A stretch of DNA of 64,000 nucleotides from Terriglobia bacterium (GCA_965222345.1 CBDCTS010000007.1:191076-255075), one strand, 5' to 3'; numbered from the stretch's first letter, positions 51,055 through 62,292 are shown. A program made the numbers and translations. Notes: generated by a model not told the origin, from the letters alone.

Positions 51055-53219
51055 TGGCACAGGCAACGGGTCTCACCAGACGCACATTCTTGAAAGTCGG
51101 GGCTGCCGCCGGCGGCGGTCTCGCGATCGGGCTTTATTTGCCCAGCTACCTCGGAATGAGTGAAGAAACGACGGCTGCTTCGGAGGCATTCGAGCCGAAC
51201 GTGTGGATCCAGATTGGCACCGACGATACTGTGACGATCACTCTCACTCAACTGGAGATGGGCCAGGGCGTGATGACTTCCATGCCGATGCTGATCGCCG
51301 AAGAGCTCGACATGGACTGGCAGAAGCTGGATACCGTTTGGGCTCCTGCCGACCCCGTTTACGGCAATCCCGGTTTTGGCGGATCGCAGTCCACCGCCGG
51401 CAGCCGCAGCGTGCGGGGTATGTGGAAGTTGTTCCGCGAGGCCGGCGCTACCGGCCGCGCCATGCTGGTCACTGCCGCATCCCAAACCTGGGGCGTCCCG
51501 GAAAATGAATGCTCCAGCGAAAAGGGAGAAGTCATCCACTCCTCCACGGGCCGCCGTCTGAAATACGGCCAACTCGTCGAAAAGGCCTCGACTCTGCCGG
51601 TCCCCGAACAGGTAACTCTCAAGAACTTCGACGAATTCCGTCTGCTGGGCCAGTCCCTGGCGCGCCTCGATATTCCAGAGAAGGTCAACGGCAGCGCGGT
51701 TTACGGCATCGACATCTCGCGGCCTAATATGCTCGTAGCGCGGGTCGTCCGCTGCCCCGTCTTCGGAGGGAAGATCAAAAGCTTCAACGCCGACAAGGCC
51801 AAAGCTGTTCCCGGCGTCCGTCACGTCATCCAGATCAGCTCCGGGATTTCCGTCATCGCGGACAATTACTGGGCTGCCACCAAAGGCGTCCAGGCCCTGG
51901 AAATCCAGTGGGACGAAGGCCCCCTGGCTGAATTGAGCAGTGCCGACATCAGCAAGCAACTGGCGGAACTCGGCCAGAAAACGGGTGCCGTGGCGCGCAG
52001 CGACGGTGACTTCACCGCTGCCATGTCGGGGGCTTCCCGCACTTTCGAGGCTACTTACGAAGTTCCCTACTTGGCGCACGCCTGCATGGAACCGATGAAC
52101 TGCACCGCCGATGTCCGCGCAGACGGCTGCGATGTTTGGGTCTCCACCCAATCCCAGACCAGCACTCACCGCGCAGCGATCGAGATCACCGGTCTGCCGC
52201 CAGACGCTGTCAAGGTCCACACTCCCTATCTGGGCGGTGGCTTCGGCCGACGCGGCCAGACCGATTTTGTCGCCGACGCCGTGGAATCCTCCAAGGCTGT
52301 AGGCCGTCCGGTGAAGGTGATCTGGACCCGTGAGGACGACATCCAGCATGACTATTACCGCCCCGTCTCTTACGCCCGCTTTTGGGCTGCTCTGGATGAG
52401 TCCGGCATGCCCGTTGCCTGGATGCAGCGGCTGGTGCAGCCCTCGCTGCGCGCCCGGGACAACCCTCGGGCTCTGGATGCAGCAGGAGGCGTTGACCGCA
52501 ACTCTATGGAAGGCGCCGCCGACCTGCCTTACAACATTCCCAACGTTCGCGTCGAGTACGTGAGATTCGAACCGGGCATCCCGGTGGGTTACTGGCGCTC
52601 GGTCGGCAATTCCGTCAACGGCTATGTCACGGAGTCTTTCCTCGACGAAATCGCCGTCACCGCCGGCAAGGACCCCTTAGAGCTGCGCCGGCAACTGCTC
52701 GACAAGGCTCCCCGCCACAAAGCAGCTTTGGAATTAGCCTGCGAAAATGCCGGCTGGGGAAAGCCATTGCCCAGCGGCAGGGCACGAGGCATCTCCGTGC
52801 ACGAATCCTTCGGCAGCATCATCGCCCAAGTGGCAGAAGTCTCCGTCGGCCGGGACGGCGAGGTTCGCGTGCACCGCGTCACGGCGGCGGTGGACTGCGG
52901 CTGGATCATCAACCCCGACACAATCAAGGCGCAGATCGAAAGCGGCATCGTTTACGGTCTGACCGCACTCCTGAAGGGCGAGATACTCATTGACCGGGGC
53001 CGGGTCGTCCAGTCCAACTTTCACGATTACGATATGCTGCGGATGAACGAAATGCCGGAGATCGATGTCCACATCGTGCCCAGCACGGAACCCCCCGGTG
53101 GCATGGGTGAGCCGGGCACGCCCCCGATCTTCTCAGCAGTCGTCAACGCCATCTACGCCGCAACCGGCAAACGCATACGCCGGCTGCCCATCCGCCCGGC
53201 GGAACTGAGCATGGCCTGA
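51055..53219 (+). CDS. molybdopterin-dependent oxidoreductase large subunit (IorB / aldehyde oxidase-xanthine dehydrogenase family), Tat-exported
   Basis: Twin-arginine signal (TRRTFLKVGAAAGGGLAIG) immediately after the small-subunit stop; MoCo-binding a/b hammerhead and XDH family domains; about 721 aa from ATG at 51055. Confidence 0.85.
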
Positions 53220-53575
53220 TCCTGCCACGTCCAGGCAAGAACGCTTGCGGCTCCGGCATCGACATCCGACATCGGGGACTGTTTTTTCCGGCGGATGAAT
53301 TCCCTTACGGATTTCTTTGGTCGAAGCGAAATCAGGAATGAGTCCGGATATTGCGGAATGCCTCGCTCAATTCGAATCAGAGGGTCAGGGCCGAACGCTG
53401 CAACCCCATAGTCGTCTCAGCCAACAGCCATCTAACAACTCGGCGGGCATCGATCTGAAACGATGCATGCAAGCCCCCTCGGTTCGTATTGCAGGAGGCG
53501 TCCTGTTTGTGCAAGGCCCGGCAATGTTAGGCGATTTGGGCATACCTCGGCTATACTGGGATTAGGTTTGCCGCG

Positions 53576-53926
53576 ATGCACAAACTGCTTCCAACCCTTG
53601 GCGTTTTTCTGCTTTCATTCCCTTTTCCCACTCTCCGTGCCGCTGAAATAAAACTTTCCGGCTCTCTCGCTTATCTTCCAGGCTGGACGGTCATAGTGGG
53701 GCAGGAGGAAATGTGCCGGAACCCATTGGTTCACGCTCACGAACGGGTCATTGAATGTCCATCTCAAAGAAGCGGAACAGTCCAACCAGACGGTAACGCA
53801 ACCATCGAGGGGGACGCCGGCGCACTTTCCGGCTGGATAGCCGGAGGAGAAAAATTCCTTTGCAGAGACCCCCAAGCCAACACCCATACCAACCAGATTC
53901 AATGCCCGGCCAGTACCCTGCGATAA
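53576..53926 (+). CDS. small secreted cysteine-containing protein (hypothetical)
   Basis: 116-aa ORF with signal peptide (MHKLLPTLGVFLLSFPFPTLRAA) and 4 Cys. Confidence 0.35.
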   Translation: MHKLLPTLGVFLLSFPFPTLRAAEIKLSGSLAYLPGWTVIVGQEEMCRNPLVHAHERVIECPSQRSGTVQPDGNATIEGDAGALSGWIAGGEKFLCRDPQANTHTNQIQCPASTLR

Positions 53927-54094
53927 ACTGCGGCAGCTTAGGTGATTCCGCTCTGCATAGCTGGTTGAGAATAAAAGTGCGGATTCCGTTATGGTTTTGG
54001 GCCGAGAGCACGAAAGCTCTCTATCTTATTCCATGACCAAGTAGTGAGTGCCGTTAGGTGAAATGCTCTAGGGAACCATCCCCCTTGCAGCCAT

Positions 54095-54215
54095 TTCGGA
54101 ATTATCGGGATCCTCGGTTTCCTCGGTTGATTCGGTTCCTTCGGCAGATTCGGAATCCTCGGAATAATTTTGTTGCCCCCGGAATTTGTGCGAGGGAGAA
54201 TCGGGCCGGAAGTAG
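54095..54215 (-). repeat. copy B (inverted orientation) of the CCGAAT-tandem repeated element
   Basis: The reverse complement aligns at about 80% identity to 6781-6902, including the ccggcccgatt..ccctcgc, ggcaacaaaatt and ttccgaatctgccgaa cores. Confidence 0.55.
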
Positions 54216-54464
54216 TTTGTGAAACTTACGAGGAGAGGCGAGTGGAGGTGAAAAAAAGTATAAATTACGAAACAAAGCCAACAAGTCTTTTAGAATCAAC
54301 ATAAGTGCTTGAGAAGAGGTGCAAAAAACCACCAGAAAACGGAACGAAATTCCTGAACCAAGCCCCTAATAGGGGTTATTCAGTGGCTTTTAGAGCAGTT
54401 TGGCAGGTGAAAATCAGGAATGGCAAGCAACCAGAAGCGCGGTCATGCGGAGCAAAGCATGAGC

Positions 54465-54512
54465 ACAGGCCTTCCGGCCTGTACTCTGAGGGGACAGGCA
54501 AGATTGCCTGTC
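54465..54512 (-). terminator. two tandem GC-rich hairpins downstream of the minus-strand amidohydrolase gene
   Basis: The hairpins acaggcc-ttcc-ggcctgt and gacaggca-agat-tgcctgtc lie immediately 3' of the stop at 54532; no strong U-tract follows. Confidence 0.3.
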
Positions 54513-54531
54513 GCTACCTGAATTAACTATT

Positions 54532-56418
54532 TCACCTTCGCTGAGGGTCTGTCGGACGACCGCGTACCCACCAGGTAGGGTTTTCACGGAAACCAACCTG
54601 GGGCAATCCCATGCTTTGGGCGTAGTTCGGTTCCGTATATTTGATCTGTCCCCCCACAATGGTCACCAAGGGATCGATATTGTGGATGTCCTCATCCGGG
54701 ATTGTCAGAAAGTCGCGGTCGAGCACCACCAAGTCAGCCCACTTGCCGGGCTCGATGGAGCCAATGTTTTTTTCCTTCCACACATACTCGGAAGCCCAGC
54801 GGGTGTAAGCATATAGCGCCTCCCGGCGGCTGATTCGTTGCTGGGACCCCCACAGTTTTCCGTCCTTGTCCTTCCGCAGGACTGCAATCTCCATCCCCAA
54901 AAAGGCGCTGAACCCATGCTGGTCGGACTGCAGAGTCGGCTTCACTCCCGCATCCACCATTCGGCGCAAGGGAACGACCGAATCGCCCGAGGCCTCCTCG
55001 CCAAACAGAATGGAGAATGCGCCCACATCTCCTTTTTCGCCGCCCCAAACGTATTTTGGACCGCAGCTAAACGTCATGCCCAGCCGTTTGGCCCGGTCCA
55101 CGTGTTCCTGGGTGATGTAGCGGCAATGGTCAATGGCAAAACGGCGGTCCGTGATCGGATATTTCTTGTTGACCTCTTCTAAAATATCGAGATATTTATT
55201 TGCGGCCCGATCCCCGCCAAAGTGGTAGCCGGTGATCCGCCACCCGAACTGGGCGGCGGCTTCGACAACTCGCCGGGCCGTGGACAGCTTTTCATCCTCC
55301 AGGTAGCAAATCCCATGGGGACCGTACATCTGAAAACGCCAGAGCGGAAAGTTGATGGCCTCGCGGGGGTAGGTGGCCGTCACGCAGGCTCCGGCCGTGC
55401 TGGGAACGTGATCCGCATTGATGGCGGTCGTGCCGATCACCCAAAACCAATCGGTTCCGTTCCCCATCATGCCGGGGTAGCGACGCAGGATCATCTCCGG
55501 ATCGGCCGACTCGGTGGCAAGCTGGCTGGTATAGGCCACCCGCACCGGCATCTCGCCCCGTTGGTCCAGCAGGTGGAAGCTGCTCATGCTTTCATTCGGC
55601 ATCCGCGTGGAGACGGTGGTCATCCCCATGGCTGCCGCTTCCTCCATCTCTTTCTTGTGCATCACCGCCAATTCCTCGGTAGACTCCGGCGGCCAGAACT
55701 CATAACGCATCGTACGGGCGGCCGTCGAAAGCAAGCGGCCCGTGGGCTTGCCGTTTTCGTCCCGTTCCAGCCCAGCAATACCCTGGGGATAGCGTTTTAA
55801 CAGTAGCTCCAGTGCCTTGCTATTCACCAGCGGCATGCTGTTGTCGACTCCGTTGGAAACGTTGACAGGGTTGTTGGGGGCCACCTGGTCCAGGTCGACA
55901 ACCGTGGTGTCAGGGAAAAACCCGGGCGGGGGGGCGGAACCGCTGCCGGTCGCTACCACGATCCACTCGCCTGGTTCCTTTCCCAGGGCGATGGTTCGGA
56001 TTTGAGCCAAAGCATCGTCCTTGCTTGTCCACTTAAAGTCGTCGGTTATACCTATTGCGCGGCCGGGCCTGTAATGCCCGAAAGCATAACTCTGAATATG
56101 TTGGTGGGTTTCCACGATGCCCGGGATGACCGTTCTCCCAGCCAAATCGATTTTCCGGGTGCTGGGTCCGGCCATCTCCAGCGCCTCCTCATCGGTTCCC
56201 ACAACGATGATCTTGCCGTCATACAGCGCTACCGCCTGGGCGACTGTGAAGCCGTTGGGGTCCGGACTGTCGGCAGTAAGAAACTTGCCGTTGTAGATCA
56301 CCATGTCCGCTTCTAAGCCCGCCGCCGCGGCTCCCGGGCCCATGAGCAAAAGAACGAATCCAAAAACAAGCATGATGAAAGCCTGCTTCTTTTTGTTACC
56401 AGCTATGGTTTTATTCAT
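54532..56418 (-). CDS. secreted metal-dependent amidohydrolase (Amidohydro_3 family), paralogue 5
   Basis: Signal/TM segment (MNKTIAGNKKKQAFIMLVFGFVLLLMGPGAAAA), ETHQHIQS metal motif and the family-typical C-terminus; start set at the internal Met. Confidence 0.8.
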   Translation of the reverse strand: MNKTIAGNKKKQAFIMLVFGFVLLLMGPGAAAAGLEADMVIYNGKFLTADSPDPNGFTVAQAVALYDGKIIVVGTDEEALEMAGPSTRKIDLAGRTVIPGIVETHQHIQSYAFGHYRPGRAIGITDDFKWTSKDDALAQIRTIALGKEPGEWIVVATGSGSAPPPGFFPDTTVVDLDQVAPNNPVNVSNGVDNSMPLVNSKALELLLKRYPQGIAGLERDENGKPTGRLLSTAARTMRYEFWPPESTEELAVMHKKEMEEAAAMGMTTVSTRMPNESMSSFHLLDQRGEMPVRVAYTSQLATESADPEMILRRYPGMMGNGTDWFWVIGTTAINADHVPSTAGACVTATYPREAINFPLWRFQMYGPHGICYLEDEKLSTARRVVEAAAQFGWRITGYHFGGDRAANKYLDILEEVNKKYPITDRRFAIDHCRYITQEHVDRAKRLGMTFSCGPKYVWGGEKGDVGAFSILFGEEASGDSVVPLRRMVDAGVKPTLQSDQHGFSAFLGMEIAVLRKDKDGKLWGSQQRISRREALYAYTRWASEYVWKEKNIGSIEPGKWADLVVLDRDFLTIPDEDIHNIDPLVTIVGGQIKYTEPNYAQSMGLPQVGFRENPTWWVRGRPTDPQRR

Positions 56419-56748
56419 ATTTCTTCCTTTCGGTTCGTAAGGGCTCAAGTGTCTACCCGGAAAATGGCCGCGTTGTTGCCTCTCGTTTGTTTGGAACTGT
56501 TGGGGAAAGATTACACGAGGGAAGAGGGGAAAGCAATTGGTGACCGGAGCGATTTTGTTTAGGTAGGCAGTCTTCATAGACTCTGTAGTGAGTGTAGTGA
56601 CTTGTGAGGAGGGTATGAGAAGAAGGGCCGGAGGCGGCCACTCGAAGCTCCGGAGAGCAAACCGGCTCTGAAAGGGCTCATTTGCAGGCCAACAGGTTTA
56701 TACTGTCAACTGCCGCAGGGTCAAAAACTACTTTCGGAGAAAAGCTTC

Positions 56749-58569
56749 ATGAAAATGCTGATGACTACATTTAGCAAGAAGTTCGTCGTCTTTTTGGGAG
56801 TGGCTTTAGCCTTTAATTGTTCCATCGCCCAATCCCAGCAGAGGCCTGCAAGTAAGCAAGTGGTTCTGCAAGGCGCAACCGTCATTGATGGGCTAGGAGG
56901 TTCCCCTGTCACGGAAGCTGTCATTGTCATCGAGGGTGATCAGATTAAATCTCTCGGGAGGGAAGGTGAGGATTATCCCTCCGAAGCGGCCGTTGTGGAC
57001 GTTGCGGGAAAGTTCATTATTCCCGGGTTGATAGACTCCCATGTTCATTATGAGGAGTGGATGGGAGAACTGTATCTAAATCATGGCGTGACGGCAGTCA
57101 TGGCAATGGCAAGCGGCGGTCGGGTTCCGGAAGGGTTTAGCAAAATGAGAGTGGATGCGCAGCAGGCTGGGGTACGGACACCCAGGTTGTACACCTCACT
57201 CAGCCCACAAGTCAACACTTCGATGACGCGGGAACAGGTGCGTCGCAGCATCCAGGAATGGTTAAAGGGAAACCCGGATTTTGCCAGACTTCCTACCTAT
57301 AACGACCGCTCCAAACAAGTGTACCTCTGGGCAGCCGAGGAGCTTCACCGGGCCGGACTGCTGACTTTTGGGCACGCCGAGAATGCTCCTGAAGCTATTG
57401 TAGCGGGGCTGGACATCGTTGAACATATATGGGGATTTGTACAGGCCCAAATGTCTCCCCAGGAACTGGACGAATTCCAAAAGGGGAAATACTTGCACTG
57501 GGGTATTTTCTTGAAGGATTGGTCTCGGCTGGATCAAATGATCCGGGATGCGGTCGACCGGGAAGCCTACATTAATCCTACTTTCCTCTATGAACTGGGT
57601 TCGCTAAGCCGCTGGGCAGCCAGACACGAACTGGAAGACTATCGTTTGTATAGCAACCCAGACTTAATGGCCTATTATCCGAGAAACATTGCCGAGTCGC
57701 TCTTGCAAAAACACAGACAGATTCGAAATTTTTCTCAGAAATATGGAGCCCTGGTTCTGATTTCCCGACTGGCCCCAGAGGAAGTGCAGGAATTCAGGCA
57801 AAGCTATCGGTTGGCGGGTGAGTTTGTGAAGCGGTTCGTGCAAGCGGGGGGTAAGATTCAGGCGGGCACAGATGCCTCCTCTGGAGGGACTCCCGGCATC
57901 AGTCTTCATCAAGAGATGGATATGTTGGTGGAAGCGGGACTGACGCCGATGCAAGCGCTCCAGTCCGCAACCCTTTGGTCGGCTGAAATGCTTGCCGGGA
58001 AAGGCGGGGCTCTGGGCAGTCCGAAGGTAGGATTGATTGCCGAGGGAGCTTTTGCCGATTTGGTAATCCTTACAGCAAATCCGTTGGACGATATCGCCAA
58101 CGCAAGGAAAATTGAGCGCGTGATGAAAGCAGGAGAGTTTATCGAATTTGGGTATGATCCTGCCTACTTCACGTTCACTCGCCCTCCGCGAAAGATCGCG
58201 TCGGCAACCCCCATTCCGGGGATAAGTGCCATTACCCCTCATACGGTGGTGGAAGGGAGTTCGGAGTTCGAAATGATTGTAGAGGGATCAGGTTTTATGG
58301 AAAACTCAGTCGTCCGGGTAAACGGCGTTTCCGTGTCCACTACGTTTCTCAACCCGCGCACGTTAAAGGTTAGGATTCCCGCGAATACAGTTGCGCAAGC
58401 CACACCGAACCCTTTCCGCTCGCCGGGCCCGGCGCAGATGACCGGTATTTACGGCGACCGAAGCGTGCCGATCACGGTTTACACTCCTCCTCCCGAGGGA
58501 GGAACATCCAACGCCATCCTGTTGCGAGTCAGAGCGAAGTGGTTGGGTATAGATAGCGTTGCCGAGTAA
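56749..58569 (+). CDS. secreted amidohydrolase (Amidohydro_1-like) with C-terminal IPT/TIG-like Ig-fold domain
   Basis: Signal peptide; LIDSHVHYEEW metal motif; the C-terminal approx. 100 aa (ITPHTVVEGSSEFEMIVEGSGFMENSVVRVNGVSVSTTFLNPRTLKVRIP) resembles an IPT/TIG beta-sandwich. Confidence 0.75.
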   Translation: MKMLMTTFSKKFVVFLGVALAFNCSIAQSQQRPASKQVVLQGATVIDGLGGSPVTEAVIVIEGDQIKSLGREGEDYPSEAAVVDVAGKFIIPGLIDSHVHYEEWMGELYLNHGVTAVMAMASGGRVPEGFSKMRVDAQQAGVRTPRLYTSLSPQVNTSMTREQVRRSIQEWLKGNPDFARLPTYNDRSKQVYLWAAEELHRAGLLTFGHAENAPEAIVAGLDIVEHIWGFVQAQMSPQELDEFQKGKYLHWGIFLKDWSRLDQMIRDAVDREAYINPTFLYELGSLSRWAARHELEDYRLYSNPDLMAYYPRNIAESLLQKHRQIRNFSQKYGALVLISRLAPEEVQEFRQSYRLAGEFVKRFVQAGGKIQAGTDASSGGTPGISLHQEMDMLVEAGLTPMQALQSATLWSAEMLAGKGGALGSPKVGLIAEGAFADLVILTANPLDDIANARKIERVMKAGEFIEFGYDPAYFTFTRPPRKIASATPIPGISAITPHTVVEGSSEFEMIVEGSGFMENSVVRVNGVSVSTTFLNPRTLKVRIPANTVAQATPNPFRSPGPAQMTGIYGDRSVPITVYTPPPEGGTSNAILLRVRAKWLGIDSVAE

Positions 58570-58934
58570 GGAGGAACGCTAACTTGATTTCCCTCAAGGA
58601 AAGTTAGAAAACTATATCAAGCCCCCCGCGAAACAACCTTCGCGGCCCTGAAAAAGCCGGCTAGAGAGGATCTTTACACCGGAGCGCAGCTTATTGATCC
58701 CACATCCGTATCCAAACACATGGTTTAATATGGCCAGAAATGGCAGAAGCCTCTATTGATTCCTCAAAGATTTAGCAAGGCCTGACTTGTGGCCCTTTGG
58801 CACAAGGGACCGGAGTAAGGCGACCTCTGCCTTTTCGGAGGGTCAGTTTGCCGGCGGCGGCAAGTTTCTGCAAAGCCGACTTGCCAGCCATTGGCGCCGC
58901 ACAGCGCTATCAGATTGAAGCTTTGCTCGCCCGA

Positions 58935-59837
58935 CTAATGCTTGCGGATAAACTCGAGAACAGCCTGGTTGAAAATCTCCGGCTGCTCCCAGTAGGTGGA
59001 GTGTCCCGCATTAGGCACAATCAGAGATTCGGCATTTTTGATACGGGCCGTGTAAAAGCGTTGCAGCGGAGGCGGAGCGGAAAGGTCCGCGCCCCCTGCG
59101 ATTAGCAGGGTCGGGGTCTCGATCCTCTCGAGAAGAGAGAACGTCAGGCGGTTCCGCAACGGCTGAGTAGCCAGTAGCGGCCCCTCCGGCCGGCTTCTGC
59201 TTTCGAACTCCATCCAGCGGCGAGTGCCCTCCGGGTTGGCCGCACGGTACAAAGGCCCTAACTCCCGGAACCAGCGAGGCAAGTCGGGGTACTGGGGCGG
59301 CCGAAGAGTGCTTACCAACTCCAGAAACTCTTCATCCTCTACTCTGCCGACGTTGTTGGCGATCACGAGGCTCCGCAGCCGCTGGTGAAACGACACGGCA
59401 TAGTCCATAGCGACAGATCCACCAGCCGCCGTAGCCACCAAGTGAAAGCGGTCCACGCCCAGGTAGTCCATCAGGCGGTGCAGGTCGTCGGCGGCGGTGT
59501 CGGGCTGCTCACCCGAGGGGTCAATCACAGAGCGGCCCCATCCCCGCCGATCGTAGGCGATGAAGCGGTATCCGGCCGCGGTGAATGCCGGAATTTGGTG
59601 CTCCCAGACCTCGCTGCTGCCGGATGCCGCGTGCAGGAACACCACGGGCACTCCACTGCCGCCGGTGTCCTTGAACCAAACGCGGACGCCGGGAAGCTCC
59701 GCGTACGTCTCGCGGGCTGGAGCCGCGGCCGGCGCCTGACCGGGGACCTGCGCCGACGATGCGAAGGTGGTGAACACCCCGCTGCCAAAGATCACAAGAA
59801 TTGACACAACGATCAGCCATTGATAGAACCGTTGCAC
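58935..59837 (-). CDS. alpha/beta-fold hydrolase (secreted or membrane-anchored)
   Basis: N-terminal hydrophobic segment; alpha/beta hydrolase core (PVVFLHAASGSSEVWEHQ, nucleophile elbow region, HxxxxE-like tail NAGHSTYWEQPE); 300 aa. Confidence 0.75.
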   Translation of the reverse strand: MQRFYQWLIVVSILVIFGSGVFTTFASSAQVPGQAPAAAPARETYAELPGVRVWFKDTGGSGVPVVFLHAASGSSEVWEHQIPAFTAAGYRFIAYDRRGWGRSVIDPSGEQPDTAADDLHRLMDYLGVDRFHLVATAAGGSVAMDYAVSFHQRLRSLVIANNVGRVEDEEFLELVSTLRPPQYPDLPRWFRELGPLYRAANPEGTRRWMEFESRSRPEGPLLATQPLRNRLTFSLLERIETPTLLIAGGADLSAPPPLQRFYTARIKNAESLIVPNAGHSTYWEQPEIFNQAVLEFIRKH

Positions 59838-60085
59838 CTTGTCCTCCTACGCGGCCCCGTCATGCGCCAAGCATACTAGGAGCAGAACTGCTACTTTCGT
59901 GGGATAGCATTAGCAGCGGCTAACATTCAGGGAAATCTTCTGGTGGGCCTTGATTTGACTTGTATCCAGCAAGGTCATTTTGGTGTTCCCACAAGCCACC
60001 TGCTCAGGCGCTGCCGACAATGACGGAATACTCCCGGCTGCGTAACAACAACTGGTTGGCGGAAGCACCGCAGCCGGCGGCAACC

Positions 60086-61171
60086 CTACTGCTCACCTAT
60101 CCAGAACCATAGCGACACCGTCTTGGGTATCACCCGTTCCGTGCCTTGGTTGAACTCGTTGAGGTCCACATCGAAAGGGCGACCGATGTGGTTGCCGGCC
60201 AGATCCTCGAGCACCGTATCGACCAGGAGTTGATATTCGCCGGGTCGCCACGGCTCAGCCGGGATAAAGCGCCACTCGGTTTCGTTCCTTTCGACGGCGA
60301 CAGAACCAGCAACGGGTCCTGCTGGCCCAGAGATATTGAGCACCCTCTGCAGCAGCGCCCAGTCCAGCGGTTCCGGAAAGCGAACAACCACGGCGTCTGC
60401 CGTGTGTGCCTCCGGAACAATGAGCCGCCAATTGCTGACATCGGGTGGAACGCGGTCGGAAGGAGCGACGCGGAACTGTTTACGGAACCCTTCCTGGAGG
60501 GGCACGCCTCGGGCATCTCGCCAGCCGCTGTCGATCACCAGGGTGTACTGTCTGCCCTCGATCAGCGGTGGTCCTGCCTCTTCGCGCGGCAGCAGACCCC
60601 GCTTGATTCGGCCCGGATCGAACAGGACTGTAAGCCGCCGGTTCTCCGGACCCCAAAGCTCTTGATCAATTTCTACAAATGGAAGCTCGACAGGGGAACC
60701 ACTCTCGTCAAGCAGGTGGATCCGCTCCCAGGCCTCGCTGCGGGCCATTGAAGCGGAGAACTGAATATAAAGTTTCAACTGGTTGTCGGGGAGCACGTCC
60801 GTGGAGGGATAGACATGCTCCACATAGGTTGAAGGCGAAGCGTTCGCCTTTTCCGTTTCGAATACGGCCTCCAGCGGAGGTCCATCCGGCATACGGAAAA
60901 CCGCCCGAATGCGAACGCCGGGCACGGGAGGGTAACGCGGGCTGAAAACCAAAACCTCATCCTCAACGGAGTAGGTTCCCAGCATGGGTGGCACGTCACC
61001 CTCTCCGGCATAGAGGGCGAAGATCGATGCCCACCCGTCCGGGGGTTCCTCAGAACCGGGGTTCCAACCGGCCACACTGTACCTTCCGGTACCCTGCTGG
61101 ATGGAAACGTTTTCAACTGCCCCAGCCAGAGCGCCCGCCAAGAATGCAACCAGTATCCCTATGCCCAGCAC
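60086..61171 (-). CDS. hypothetical secreted protein
   Basis: 361-aa ORF with N-terminal signal/TM; no recognisable family motifs. Confidence 0.45.
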   Translation of the reverse strand: MLGIGILVAFLAGALAGAVENVSIQQGTGRYSVAGWNPGSEEPPDGWASIFALYAGEGDVPPMLGTYSVEDEVLVFSPRYPPVPGVRIRAVFRMPDGPPLEAVFETEKANASPSTYVEHVYPSTDVLPDNQLKLYIQFSASMARSEAWERIHLLDESGSPVELPFVEIDQELWGPENRRLTVLFDPGRIKRGLLPREEAGPPLIEGRQYTLVIDSGWRDARGVPLQEGFRKQFRVAPSDRVPPDVSNWRLIVPEAHTADAVVVRFPEPLDWALLQRVLNISGPAGPVAGSVAVERNETEWRFIPAEPWRPGEYQLLVDTVLEDLAGNHIGRPFDVDLNEFNQGTERVIPKTVSLWFWIGEQ

Positions 61172-61182
61172 GTGCTGTCACC

Positions 61183-62292
61183 TTAGGGCAGAGGCACCGT
61201 GCGGAGGTCCAGTGTGCCGCCGCCATCGGTGAGGATCAGCGCGCTGTTCTCATCTAACTTGTCGAGCTGCTGGACGCCCTGAAGATTGGCAATCGTCTCA
61301 TACGGCATGCCTTCCATGTCCTCTACTTCCGAGGTAATCGCCTGAAACTTCTCCAGCCCTTTGGCCGCCAGCTTCATGACGCCACGGCTCGAGTTCGCCA
61401 TCAAGAAGTACTCCTGTCCGCCTTTGCTGTAGGCGATCATGTCCAGCGGCCGGTTGCGGTTCCCGAGTTCGGCGATGGTGACACCTTGCACCTTGTGGCC
61501 TGACTTCAGCGCAGCAATGGGAATCTTTACCAGTGGCGTACATGTGTAGGCAGCCAGAATATAAGGCTCCCCAGCCAGTTGAAACGGCAGGAACGTCCGG
61601 ATAGGGGAGTAGGTCTCAAAGCGGCCGTGGGAGCCGTGATATATCTCAATACCGGCACCCTTGTTCACCTCCTGGAAGGGGAATGAGATCGAACGGAAGC
61701 TGGAAGTGAACTCCTCATTGGAGAGACCGGCCACAAACACTTTGCCTTCAACGTAGGCGAGGTCGGTGATGGTTGCCACTCGTAGTCCCCTTCCACGTGA
61801 GTCCTTCGCGTCCACAGCAGGGGCATCCGTCAAGCTAGCGACGGAATGCTTGATATTATCGAGAGGCAGTTCCGTGATCGTGCCAGAGGCATTCACCCGA
61901 AGAATGACCGGAATGGCATCCGGACCAAGACCGCGGGATACCGAGAGGTACACATTCTTGGATATAGGATTCACCACGGCATCATTCACCAGAATCTGGT
62001 CCGGGGTGGTGCCGAGTAACGCGGCAATCTTTTGATTGATGGCCTTGACATTCACCTTGGCGGCGGACTTCGCGGGAGTGCGGTCCCCGGTGTCAAGGGC
62101 AATGATGGAAGCACTCATGGAGTCGCCGACAAAGAGGATGGCTTCCGGACCAAACGCCATCTGCCCGGCGGACTTGATTCCGACTCTACCCGCGCTAAGA
62201 CTATCCAAATTTGCACTGAACGCAAATGGGCCTGAGAACGCCAAAACTACGGCCAGCCCAGTGACCACGATGGAAAATCTAATTATACCCAC
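61183..62292 (-). CDS. hypothetical secreted protein
   Basis: 369-aa ORF with signal peptide (MGIIRFSIVVTGLAVVLAFSGPFAFSA); 12 bp downstream of the previous ORF, so probably co-transcribed. Confidence 0.45.
   Translation of the reverse strand: MGIIRFSIVVTGLAVVLAFSGPFAFSANLDSLSAGRVGIKSAGQMAFGPEAILFVGDSMSASIIALDTGDRTPAKSAAKVNVKAINQKIAALLGTTPDQILVNDAVVNPISKNVYLSVSRGLGPDAIPVILRVNASGTITELPLDNIKHSVASLTDAPAVDAKDSRGRGLRVATITDLAYVEGKVFVAGLSNEEFTSSFRSISFPFQEVNKGAGIEIYHGSHGRFETYSPIRTFLPFQLAGEPYILAAYTCTPLVKIPIAALKSGHKVQGVTIAELGNRNRPLDMIAYSKGGQEYFLMANSSRGVMKLAAKGLEKFQAITSEVEDMEGMPYETIANLQGVQQLDKLDENSALILTDGGGTLDLRTVPLP

Noticed and set aside
50952-52349. 465-aa minus-strand ORF
   Set aside because: It is antisense to the Tat-signal molybdopterin subunit gene (51055-53219).
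53232-53296. Rho-independent terminator after iorB
   Set aside because: The region has direct rather than inverted repeats (cgacatc cgacatc) followed by a T-run. No stable stem could be drawn, so no terminator is called.
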